A DNA stretch of 64,000 bases from an uncultured Gammaproteobacteria bacterium (GTDB lineage Bacteria; Patescibacteriota; Microgenomatia; UBA10105; UBA927). Below are positions 1 through 7,479 of the stretch, piece by piece. Under the pieces are notes generated by a model. The model searched no databases. It was not told the DNA's origin and was given only the letters and a program-made list of their open reading frames with translations. Both the position numbers and the translations under genes were made by a program. How positions within the stretch are numbered: position 1 is the first letter of the stretch; every line of letters starts with the position of its first letter. Where the stretch lies: the NCBI GenBank assembly GCA_964553825.1, contig CAZKLT010000002.1:2068-66067 (forward strand). Direction: 5' to 3'.

Positions 1-868
1 CCAGAAGGGCATCTGCCAGGCTGTTGCGCCCTGCCTCTGTGATGATTTCTTCCTCCGTGAATCGCCCGGTAATAGCCCGGCCCTGATTTCGCAGGTCGGT
101 GGCAATCACCGATTGAATCATCTGCGCTGGTGAACCGAAATCGCACAGCGCCTTCGCATTCGCCTGCGTGAGGTCATACTGGAATTCCACGTCCACATCG
201 TACGCCATCTTCACACCCGTGCCGCTGAGAATGGCATTAGTGATACTGGTCTCACACGCCGCAGACTGGCACGCAGGGTCCCCGGGATTAGGATTGGATT
301 CCAATACCGCGCGGTCAAGCGTGCGGTACCGTTGGGTTCCCGTGGGATACAGACGTGTCATATCCATCGGGAGCGCGTATACGCCGGGCTTGAGCAGGCG
401 GAATTCCTGATGGGCTTCATCGTAATTGCAATACAGACCCATGTAACCGCCTGGCACATTGGCGGCAACGTGCCCCTGTCCATCGGGACCCATATCCACG
501 AATTTCTGTGGAATGGTGCGATAGAGTCCCGGACCCAGAATTTCGTAGTCCGTCGAGCCATCGGCATTGTATTTCTTGACGAAAATGCCGATGCGGCCCG
601 CGGGGATGTTTGCCGCCGCCATCACCTCGATGGTGAAATTCTTGGTCTCATCCGCGTCATCGGCTTTCCACTGGGCAATGCTGTCACCCGCATATTTGTA
701 TTGCGAGTATTGTTGGGTGACGTCCATTGCCGCGGCGTCGTAGTTGGGATTCACGACACCGACGATTTGTCCGTTCGGAACGAAGTCCGGCGGCGCTTGA
801 GCACCGCATGACGTGACGAAAATCAACATCAGTAGAGCACCGAACACTTGCCAATTTCTTGTTTTCAT
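1..868 (-). CDS. SPFH/Band-7 domain lipoprotein (partial, runs off the window start)
   Basis: Not in the ORF track; translated by hand from ATG at 868: MKTRNWQVFGALLMLIFVTS-C (lipobox), two IPAGxxG...LxPGxY-type repeats, then an SPFH-like core (YDVDVEFQYDL...IQSVIATDLRNQGRAITGRFTEEEIITEAGRNSLADAL). GAGGT RBS upstream. Confidence 0.7.
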   Translation of the reverse strand, partial: MKTRNWQVFGALLMLIFVTSCGAQAPPDFVPNGQIVGVVNPNYDAAAMDVTQQYSQYKYAGDSIAQWKADDADETKNFTIEVMAAANIPAGRIGIFVKKYNADGSTDYEILGPGLYRTIPQKFVDMGPDGQGHVAANVPGGYMGLYCNYDEAHQEFRLLKPGVYALPMDMTRLYPTGTQRYRTLDRAVLESNPNPGDPACQSAACETSITNAILSGTGVKMAYDVDVEFQYDLTQANAKALCDFGSPAQMIQSVIATDLRNQGRAITGRFTEEEIITEAGRNSLADALL

Positions 869-1068
869 ACTATTTACCTCATCTTGGATTTCTTGTGTCA
901 CTGTTTCGGCTGACCGGGCCTACGTGTGGTGTGACGGTGGGTTGGGTTTTGTTGGTCTGGTATTTTCCTTTTCTCTTTTGGTTTTGAACTATTGGACTGC
1001 TGACAGGGCCAGAAAAAATAGCATTCTGTTCCTGTTTCGCAGCCCAAAACAACCGCCAACATTCCTTT

Positions 1069-1388
1069 CTCTTGAACTTGTTAACGTGCATCAGGAATGC
1101 ACGAACACACTCCCCGAGTATGGGAAGCGGTCATGCTCTCTTGATTCCTTTTTGTCTTTCTGCAAATTCGTCCTTTCGGACTCATCAGTACGGACACACA
1201 TCCGTAGTTTGCAGAGGAAAGGATACGGGTGGCTCAGGTGACGTCGGGTTCAATCGACATACATATACACTGAACGACCAGCATCCTCAGGGCCATACTG
1301 GCACCTGCATCGCCTGTCTCACGACGGCAATGTCCCCCGGAGGACCTTACGTGCATCCTCGAACTATTCACGTTCAAGAGTAGTTCCA
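1069..1388 (-). repeat. 320-bp direct repeat, copy 1 (structured ncRNA containing a hammerhead ribozyme)
   Basis: Identical to 2853-3172 (offset 1784). Ends carry inverted repeats CTCTTGAAC / GTTCAAGAG. Starts 15 nt after the stop codon of the TPM gene. Confidence 0.97.
1159..1215 (-). ncRNA. Type III hammerhead ribozyme, copy 1; predicted cleavage between 1207 and 1206
   Basis: Minus strand reads UCUGCAAA-C / UACGGA-UGUGUG-UCCGUA / CUGAUGA / GUCC-GAAA-GGAC / GAA / UUUGCAGA. All three stems and the core are present. Confidence 0.9.
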
Positions 1389-1402
1389 TAAAGCACAGGG
1401 GC

Positions 1403-2695
1403 TTATTTACGCGCGCGTTTGAAGAGGTTCACCGCTGGACGATCTTCGATTTTCGCGTCACGCAATTCGGCTAGCTGTGCCTTGAGGGTTTTGATGTCGG
1501 TGAGGATACCCGCTTCGGGACCGATATCATCGGCTTTGGTATACCGTAGTGTCACGGTCAGCGGTTTTCCTTCGAGCAGGCGGGATTGGGCTTGCAGATC
1601 GCGGACATCAGGATCCGTATCAGCCTCCGCCTGGGTGAAGCCCATCATCGGGTCGAGGAGTTCAGCAATTTCTGCCTCGGTCATTTCCAGCACGTTCTTG
1701 CTCGTGCCAATGAGTTTGAGGTAGATGACTTCCCACTGCTCTACTTTTTCCCGATAGGACAACGTGCGCACGCCTTCCTTCTCGTTGTCGAGGAGCATCT
1801 TCCTGTTGCCCATCACGAGTTCGATTTTGCGCATGGTTCTGCGGATCGCTTCGACAGCCGCCGTTTCGATGTCCGAATATTCCTGAAGACCGTTGGCCTT
1901 CATACGGCTGTAAAGGAGCGTTCCCTCAGGTTCGTCGCCGGCTAAGACCAAATTTGCCTGGCGGACGATTTCCCCGGTGCGGTCAGTGAGCACCTTGAGG
2001 TAGTTGAGTTCAGCGATGACTGGGACTCCGAATCGCAGGAACAGCCAACCTAAACCCACAAGGATTGCCAGCACGGCAAACCCGGCGAAGAAATTCCGTA
2101 CAGGCTTCATGTCCACGGGTGGACGCGGCGTTGCCGTAGGCTGGGATGTCGGCATGGCGAATTGCTGATTTGCGTTCGGATACGCCACGCGATATGCCTC
2201 GGCGAGCGCGATGACAATGCTCTCAGTAGCCTCATTGCTTGCCACGCCGTCGAGCACTAACTGCTTCACCGTCTCATCGGCAAGATGAATCGGCGTTGCT
2301 GAACCGAGCGTGCCGCCAACATCAAGCGTAACGGTCATTTCTCCGTCCACGATACCCACCGAGAGGAAGTAGCCGCTTTGGTGCAGCTCCATCTGCTCAA
2401 CGTTATCAATGGTCTGCGGAAACCGTGCCTGAGAGGCAATTTGCACCGCATCAATCCGGGCGTACCATTCATCCTCTGAGCTATATCGCTCATCGGATAG
2501 AAACAGGCCAACCTTGACCCCTTTGAGCGCAAGCGGCTTCATAGCCTCACACACTTGCTGCACATTGAGGGAATTGGTCTCATCCACGATGATGCCGTTA
2601 TCGCAACTGGCTTGCGCGTGAGCATTCGTGGGGACGACAGACGCTGTGATGACGAACATCAATACAAGCGTCAACAAACGACGAATAGCGTTCAT
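1403..2695 (-). CDS. Secreted/membrane protein with N-terminal TPM (TLP18.3/Psb32/MOLO-1)-like domain, one TM helix and a helical cytoplasmic C-terminus
   Basis: 430-aa ORF with a signal peptide (..NAHA-Q), IIVDETNSL...GVKVGLFL TPM-like start, Pro/Thr linker and TM segment. AGGAG RBS. Confidence 0.6.
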   Translation of the reverse strand: MNAIRRLLTLVLMFVITASVVPTNAHAQASCDNGIIVDETNSLNVQQVCEAMKPLALKGVKVGLFLSDERYSSEDEWYARIDAVQIASQARFPQTIDNVEQMELHQSGYFLSVGIVDGEMTVTLDVGGTLGSATPIHLADETVKQLVLDGVASNEATESIVIALAEAYRVAYPNANQQFAMPTSQPTATPRPPVDMKPVRNFFAGFAVLAILVGLGWLFLRFGVPVIAELNYLKVLTDRTGEIVRQANLVLAGDEPEGTLLYSRMKANGLQEYSDIETAAVEAIRRTMRKIELVMGNRKMLLDNEKEGVRTLSYREKVEQWEVIYLKLIGTSKNVLEMTEAEIAELLDPMMGFTQAEADTDPDVRDLQAQSRLLEGKPLTVTLRYTKADDIGPEAGILTDIKTLKAQLAELRDAKIEDRPAVNLFKRARK

Positions 2696-2852
2696 GGGGA
2701 TTCATCTCCTGGGTAGTATTTTGGATAATTCCAGCGGTGGTCTCGGCATACCGAGTTTGCTCATCCCTCTTCTGACAAAATGGGACGATACGAAGATACA
2801 CAAGAAATGCTCTATCTTCATATCGTCCCACATCATCAGTCAATTATTTCTA

Positions 2853-3172
2853 CTCTTGAACTTGTTAACGTGCATCAGGAATGCACGAACACACTCCCCG
2901 AGTATGGGAAGCGGTCATGCTCTCTTGATTCCTTTTTGTCTTTCTGCAAATTCGTCCTTTCGGACTCATCAGTACGGACACACATCCGTAGTTTGCAGAG
3001 GAAAGGATACGGGTGGCTCAGGTGACGTCGGGTTCAATCGACATACATATACACTGAACGACCAGCATCCTCAGGGCCATACTGGCACCTGCATCGCCTG
3101 TCTCACGACGGCAATGTCCCCCGGAGGACCTTACGTGCATCCTCGAACTATTCACGTTCAAGAGTAGTTCCA
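2853..3172 (-). repeat. 320-bp direct repeat, copy 2 (structured ncRNA containing a hammerhead ribozyme)
   Basis: Identical to 1069-1388. The terminal inverted repeat extends to 12 bp here (CTACTCTTGAAC 2850-2861 / GTTCAAGAGTAG 3156-3167). Starts 16 nt after the stop of the PspA-like gene. Confidence 0.97.
2943..2999 (-). ncRNA. Type III hammerhead ribozyme, copy 2; predicted cleavage between 2991 and 2990
   Basis: Same sequence as copy 1: CUGAUGA core, GUCC-GAAA-GGAC stem II, 6-bp stem I, 8-bp stem III. Confidence 0.9.
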
Positions 3173-3187
3173 ATGCAAATCTGCCTG

Positions 3188-3874
3188 CTATGCGCCCTTC
3201 TTGAGGGAGGCTTTCAGGGCGATGATATCGGCGCGCGCCTTTGCCACGGCATCGGTATTTCCCATGGCGTCGGAGATGGAGCCGACCACGCGCTTGTGGC
3301 GCTGATGTGCACGGCGATTCTTTTCCAGAATCTTCCCGCCGTAATCATCGAGCCCCTTGGTCTTACCAACCACTGCCTGAGCACCTTCCATGGCATCGGT
3401 GGACGCTTCGACCGCCTTGGTATCTTCCTTGGCTTCTTCGAGTTCCTTCACGCGCGCCACACCCTGCTCATACAGCATGGTGAGGAATTTGATGCATTCA
3501 TCATTGTCCGCGAACTCCGCTTCCTTGGCGGCGAGTCTCTCTTCGCGTTTCTTGATTTCTTCATCAAGTGCGTTGAATTGAACGCGGAGGAGCTCCGCAT
3601 CCTTGTCGTTGTTCTCGTCGTCGTCCAGCAGGAGAGCCTTCACATCACGGTCGAGCGCCGTTCTCTGCGGGCGGGCGGTCTTGAGGTATTTCCTCAGGTC
3701 GCCGATTGCAACGGTCACCGCATCCTGCACATTGTACATGCGCTCGCGCGCGCGATACAGGTCACGGACGCGCTGTTTGAGGACGGGGATGTCGAAAATT
3801 TCCATTAGAGCATCCATGCCCTCATTGAGGATGCCGAGCGAGAGCAGACGTGCCTTTTGGGCTGTTGTATCCAT
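3188..3874 (-). CDS. PspA/IM30 (ESCRT-III-like) coiled-coil protein, divergent
   Basis: 228 aa and all-helical, with an amphipathic N-terminus then DIPVLKQRVRDL (cf. PspA dP..l.Q.ird) and a C-terminal 'IIALKASL' helix. Size is typical of PspA. Confidence 0.6.
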   Translation of the reverse strand: MDTTAQKARLLSLGILNEGMDALMEIFDIPVLKQRVRDLYRARERMYNVQDAVTVAIGDLRKYLKTARPQRTALDRDVKALLLDDDENNDKDAELLRVQFNALDEEIKKREERLAAKEAEFADNDECIKFLTMLYEQGVARVKELEEAKEDTKAVEASTDAMEGAQAVVGKTKGLDDYGGKILEKNRRAHQRHKRVVGSISDAMGNTDAVAKARADIIALKASLKKGA

Positions 3875-4147
3875 ACGATTTTCTCACTTTCTACTAGTTG
3901 AATTGAAATTTTTTCGTGCTTTCGAACAAACTACGTACCTTGCCTTATTGGAACGGTTCACCTCCTGTGGTGTGAAAAAATGAAATTTTGAGACGCACAA
4001 ACGTAAGAGAAGAGCTCTCCTACCTCGCGTGCGTCCCAAACGCATGGAACCATACACTACTCTTGAGTTTTAAAGAGCGATGCTTCCAACGGAGTGAAAA
4101 TTATAGGGCGCAAATGCCCCGCACCTTCATACAGCGGAAACTGGAGG

Positions 4148-4176
4148 ATTGTAGCATTTTTTTAGGGAACAGTCAA
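4148..4176 (-). promoter_or_regulatory. Sigma70-type promoter for the pspA-like/TPM/SPFH operon
   Basis: Minus strand TTGACT-17 nt-TACAAT with extended -10 TG. Confidence 0.75.
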
Positions 4177-4192
4177 AAACTATGGGGTATTA
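4171..4192. repeat. 21/22-bp direct repeat, copy A (AGTCAAAAACTATGGGGTATTA)
   Basis: Matches 5294-5314 apart from one A in the A-run; overlaps a -35 box. Confidence 0.85.
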
Positions 4193-4277
4193 AAACGGTA
4201 CCAGACGGCGTAGCACGAAAACATAACATGTGACTACGCCATCTGGATTTGGCGGATAATCTGCAGGATACCGTTTT
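4192..4277. other. Long imperfect hairpin downstream of the 4298-5086 gene (terminator or processing stem)
   Basis: AAAACGGTA / TACCGTTTT outer stem and CCAGACGGCGTAG / CTACGCCATCTGG inner stem. Confidence 0.55.
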
Positions 4278-4297
4278 TATTGGAGGGCGGGAGCGCA

Positions 4298-5086
4298 TCA
4301 CTCCATGTTGAATTCATTCTCCACGAACACCTCGTCCCAGAAATCCATGATGCCATCATTGACTTTCCAGGCGATGAATCCATACACGATGAGTACCAGA
4401 ATGGCGAGGAGAAAAATTCCCAGTTGCGCGAGAATCTTCACCCAATCACCGTCTCCCGAGGAGGAACTGGAGCGCGAACTGCGCCGGGTTGTGGACGATG
4501 TCCTGTTGCTTGACACGGGCATGGGAACGGGCATCGCCATCACGTTACTGGAGCGGGAACTTGCCTTGGCTTTGGATGATGAGCGGGTCGATGCGCGGTC
4601 CGACAACGACGGTTTTTGACCCGTCTGGAACGGATTCCAGCCCTGACCGTTGATGTTAATCAGGGTCGTGTTGGTCGGCCGCCTTGACCGCTCCTGAAAC
4701 TCATCCCAATGTTCATAATCCGGCCGGGCGCTCCCAAACTTGCGCTTGCTGTAGGTAACGAAAATCCCCCACACCACAATGGCTGACGCCACGTTGAAGC
4801 CGGGAACCCAGACCATCCACCAGCGGTAGGGACCAATAAATGCGTCTGCCATGTCGCGCATGCCGGGCAGAAATGCATCCAGCCCCAGAAGCGTTCCGAG
4901 TGTCAGGATCACCAGCGCTACCACCGTGTTGACATACTTGGTGGCTTGAACAAGGTAGTACATCACGGACGATCCGCCTTCGTCCTTGATGACTTCCGAC
5001 TCGGTCTGCACGGGGCCGTGCAGACTGTCGCTCAGCAGAATCAGTACGATTGCGCCGAGCACGGGGAAAAGATAACCATATTCCAT
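4298..5086 (-). CDS. Hypothetical multi-pass membrane protein with a Ser/Arg-rich cytoplasmic loop
   Basis: ORF 4298-5236; start moved to MEYGYL at 5086 because AAGGAG lies just upstream. About four hydrophobic segments. Confidence 0.7.
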   Translation of the reverse strand: MEYGYLFPVLGAIVLILLSDSLHGPVQTESEVIKDEGGSSVMYYLVQATKYVNTVVALVILTLGTLLGLDAFLPGMRDMADAFIGPYRWWMVWVPGFNVASAIVVWGIFVTYSKRKFGSARPDYEHWDEFQERSRRPTNTTLININGQGWNPFQTGQKPSLSDRASTRSSSKAKASSRSSNVMAMPVPMPVSSNRTSSTTRRSSRSSSSSGDGDWVKILAQLGIFLLAILVLIVYGFIAWKVNDGIMDFWDEVFVENEFNME

Positions 5087-5270
5087 TGTATAACACTCCT
5101 TGAGTAGTATATTTTGACTGTCTTGAGGGCAGCCATCTGTTCGCGAATCGCGAAGCATATTGCCGCTCTCAAGAGATATCCTGCACATTATTAATGAGCA
5201 AATTACTTGTCTTACCATTGCAACTATCGGCCGCAATCAGTCGCGTGCATACGGCAAAAGAAGTCCCGGA

Positions 5271-5299
5271 ATTATACTTTAAATGAGGCTGAGAGTCAA
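5271..5299 (-). promoter_or_regulatory. Sigma70-type promoter
   Basis: Minus strand TTGACT-17 nt-TATAAT. Confidence 0.8.
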
Positions 5300-5314
5300 A
5301 ACTATGGGGTATTA
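5294..5314. repeat. 21/22-bp direct repeat, copy B, immediately downstream of the gdhA stop
   Basis: AGTCAAAACTATGGGGTATTA; matches 4171-4192. Confidence 0.85.
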
Positions 5315-5319
5315 TCCCG

Positions 5320-6600
5320 CTACTTTATGGCTGATACAATCCGCTCGATGGCTACTACAAACGCGGCAGTGCGCATGTCCGTCTTGTATCGCTTCGATGC
5401 ATCCCACACGTCGCTTGCTGCCTTGTTCATCTTTTCTTTGAGTCTGGCGTTCACATCATCTTTTGTCCACCGTTCCCCCTTGAGGTTTTGTTCCCACTCA
5501 AAGCAGGAGACCGTCACGCCACCGGAATTAGCAAGAATATCGGGTATCACCACGACACCCTTCTTATATAATGTAGCGTCAGCTTCAGGCGTCGTGGGGC
5601 CATTTGCCATTTCCAGGACGATTTTTGCCTGTATGCTCTTGGCGTTTTCCGCAGTCAGTACGTTTTCCAGGGCGGAGGGCACAAGAATATCGACAGGAAG
5701 CTCAAGAAGCGCTTCGTTTGATATTTGTCTCCCCTGCTTCACATCGCATACGGTGCCTGAGCAGTAGCATCCGGCAAGCATGCCCGTTTTCTTCTTGCAT
5801 TGGAGTGTCGTCACGGGATCCAAACCGTCAGGCACCAACACGCCACCACGGCTGTCTGAAACGGCTATTACTTTTACACCTGCTTCAACCAAAAATTTTG
5901 CCACATTAAATCCCACATTCCCGAACCCCTGAACGGCGGCGGTAAGACCGTCCTTTTTTCCTAACTTCGCCAAAATCGCCTGAAGCACAAACAATCCGCC
6001 TTTTCCTGTTGCTTCTTCGCGCCCCTCGCTCCCGCCATCTGTGAGTAGTTTCCCCGTAAACGTCGCCCTGAGCGTTTCGTCGGCCGGCATTCCCTTCTCC
6101 TTCTGAACAGCCATAAACTCATCGACCATCCATCCCATGATGGTGCCATTGGTATTTACGTCCGGCGCGGGCACATCTTTTTGCGGCCCGATATGGTCGG
6201 CAATCGCCCGGACATACCCTCGCGATAGTCGTTCAAGCTCACCCTCGGAAAGTGTTTTGGGATCCACAACAACGCCACCCTTCCCCCCGCCGAGCGGTAA
6301 ATCCGCAACGGCGCATTTCATCGCCATCCAGAAGGCAAGTGCCTTAACCTCATCCATGGATACCTGCTGGTGAAACCGGATGCCGCCTTTATACGGTCCC
6401 CGTGCATTATTGTATTGCACCCGGTATCCTTGAAATGTCTTGGTTGTCCCATCGTCCATGACGACGGGTATTTCCACATTGAGTATCCGCTGAGGCTCCT
6501 GCAGCTTAGCTACATCCGCCTGAATGGAAGGATCAGGCAGAAGTGCCGCTGCACGCTTGAGCTGGGTCAGTGCGCTTTCAAATGGATTTGCTGGTTGCAT
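5320..6600 (-). CDS. gdhA: Glu/Leu/Phe/Val dehydrogenase (glutamate dehydrogenase)
   Basis: GPYKGGIRF, GGGKGG, DVPAPDVNT, QGFGNVG and NSGGVTVS motifs. Confidence 0.95.
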   Translation of the reverse strand: MQPANPFESALTQLKRAAALLPDPSIQADVAKLQEPQRILNVEIPVVMDDGTTKTFQGYRVQYNNARGPYKGGIRFHQQVSMDEVKALAFWMAMKCAVADLPLGGGKGGVVVDPKTLSEGELERLSRGYVRAIADHIGPQKDVPAPDVNTNGTIMGWMVDEFMAVQKEKGMPADETLRATFTGKLLTDGGSEGREEATGKGGLFVLQAILAKLGKKDGLTAAVQGFGNVGFNVAKFLVEAGVKVIAVSDSRGGVLVPDGLDPVTTLQCKKKTGMLAGCYCSGTVCDVKQGRQISNEALLELPVDILVPSALENVLTAENAKSIQAKIVLEMANGPTTPEADATLYKKGVVVIPDILANSGGVTVSCFEWEQNLKGERWTKDDVNARLKEKMNKAASDVWDASKRYKTDMRTAAFVVAIERIVSAIK

Positions 6601-6751
6601 AAACTGCCTCCTTTTTTGACTTATCTGAGCCTATCGTGCTTTCTCGTATCTTTGCTTGACAAAACGAGGACATAAAATCCCACACGCTGAAACTCGCGGT
6701 TTTCGCGTTCTTGATATAACACTAGTCGCACATACGGGGTAAAACCACGCG

Positions 6752-7477
6752 CTAGAAATACAGCTCTTTGTATATCTGTGCTTTCGGCACACCTGCGCCG
6801 GTAAGCTGTGCTTCCATATCCACGATCATCTGCTTGTTACCGCAGAGGTAATAATCACTGCCTGGTATGTTCTGCTCTTCCTGTATCACATGCTCCGTCA
6901 CCCGACCTCGCTTCCCATGCCATGTTTCTCCTGCACGGGAAAGCGTCAGGACATAGCGAAAATTTGGGTATTCCTGGGAAAGCGCCCGAAATTCTTCATC
7001 CCAATACACATCGTCTTCATGGCGCAGTCCCCAGTAAAGCGTTATATCGTCGGTCCCGCCGGACGTAAGATAATCGATGATCATAGGTCGGTATGGCGCG
7101 ATTCCTGTTCCCGTCGCCACGAGGACTTTTTTCCGGTGCGATTCCTTATCCAGAATAAATATCCCCAGGGGGGCCATAAACGTAGCCTGGTCGCCTTCTT
7201 TATGGGTAAGCGTCCATTGGGAGCCCGGACCCATGGGGCTCACATCGTGACACATAAGGATATGCGTGGTATCTGTCGGAAGCGACGCGATAGACATGCT
7301 GCGGTTTAGCCCTTCCCCAACATGAAGGGAGATCGTCTGTCCGGGAAGAAAAGTAATTGTCGGCGGCGCCGTTACACGGAAATTGACAAGGAAAATATGT
7401 TTCGTCAGCTGTTTTTTGGATTCGATAACTGCCGTGTATTTTTGCGGGCGTGGACGCTTGGAAAGATCAATAGCCAT
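6752..7477 (-). CDS. FAD/NAD(P)-binding oxidoreductase (ferredoxin-NADP reductase-like)
   Basis: RSMSIAS, VATGTGIAPY and YYLCG motifs, C-terminal ELYF. Start set at MAIDL. Confidence 0.88.
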   Translation of the reverse strand: MAIDLSKRPRPQKYTAVIESKKQLTKHIFLVNFRVTAPPTITFLPGQTISLHVGEGLNRSMSIASLPTDTTHILMCHDVSPMGPGSQWTLTHKEGDQATFMAPLGIFILDKESHRKKVLVATGTGIAPYRPMIIDYLTSGGTDDITLYWGLRHEDDVYWDEEFRALSQEYPNFRYVLTLSRAGETWHGKRGRVTEHVIQEEQNIPGSDYYLCGNKQMIVDMEAQLTGAGVPKAQIYKELYF

Positions 7478-7479
7478 AG

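Noticed and set aside
813-1383. Plus-strand ORFs 813-1241 and 1072-1383 (and 2628-3167, 2780-3025) crossing the repeats
   Set aside because: They are antisense to the operon, have no RBS or recognisable motifs, and are duplicated only because the repeat is. RNA structure explains the sequence better.
2833-2839. Extra CUGAUGA on the minus strand before the 2781-2830 hairpin
   Set aside because: No GAA directly after the stem and no stems I/III, so it is not a hammerhead.
3054-3090. Plus-strand CTGAACGA followed by a stem (possible opposite-polarity hammerhead)
   Set aside because: The core has an extra base and no GAAA follows the stem.
2850-3167. Terminal inverted repeats read as retron a1/a2, or the unit read as a group I/II intron
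   Set aside because: No reverse transcriptase in the window, no group II domain V or group I P7 motifs seen, and the units sit between genes.
1069-3172. Repeats read as IS/MITE ends of a composite transposon
   Set aside because: No transposase and no target-site duplication; identity extends asymmetrically beyond the inverted repeats. Mobility by another route is not excluded.
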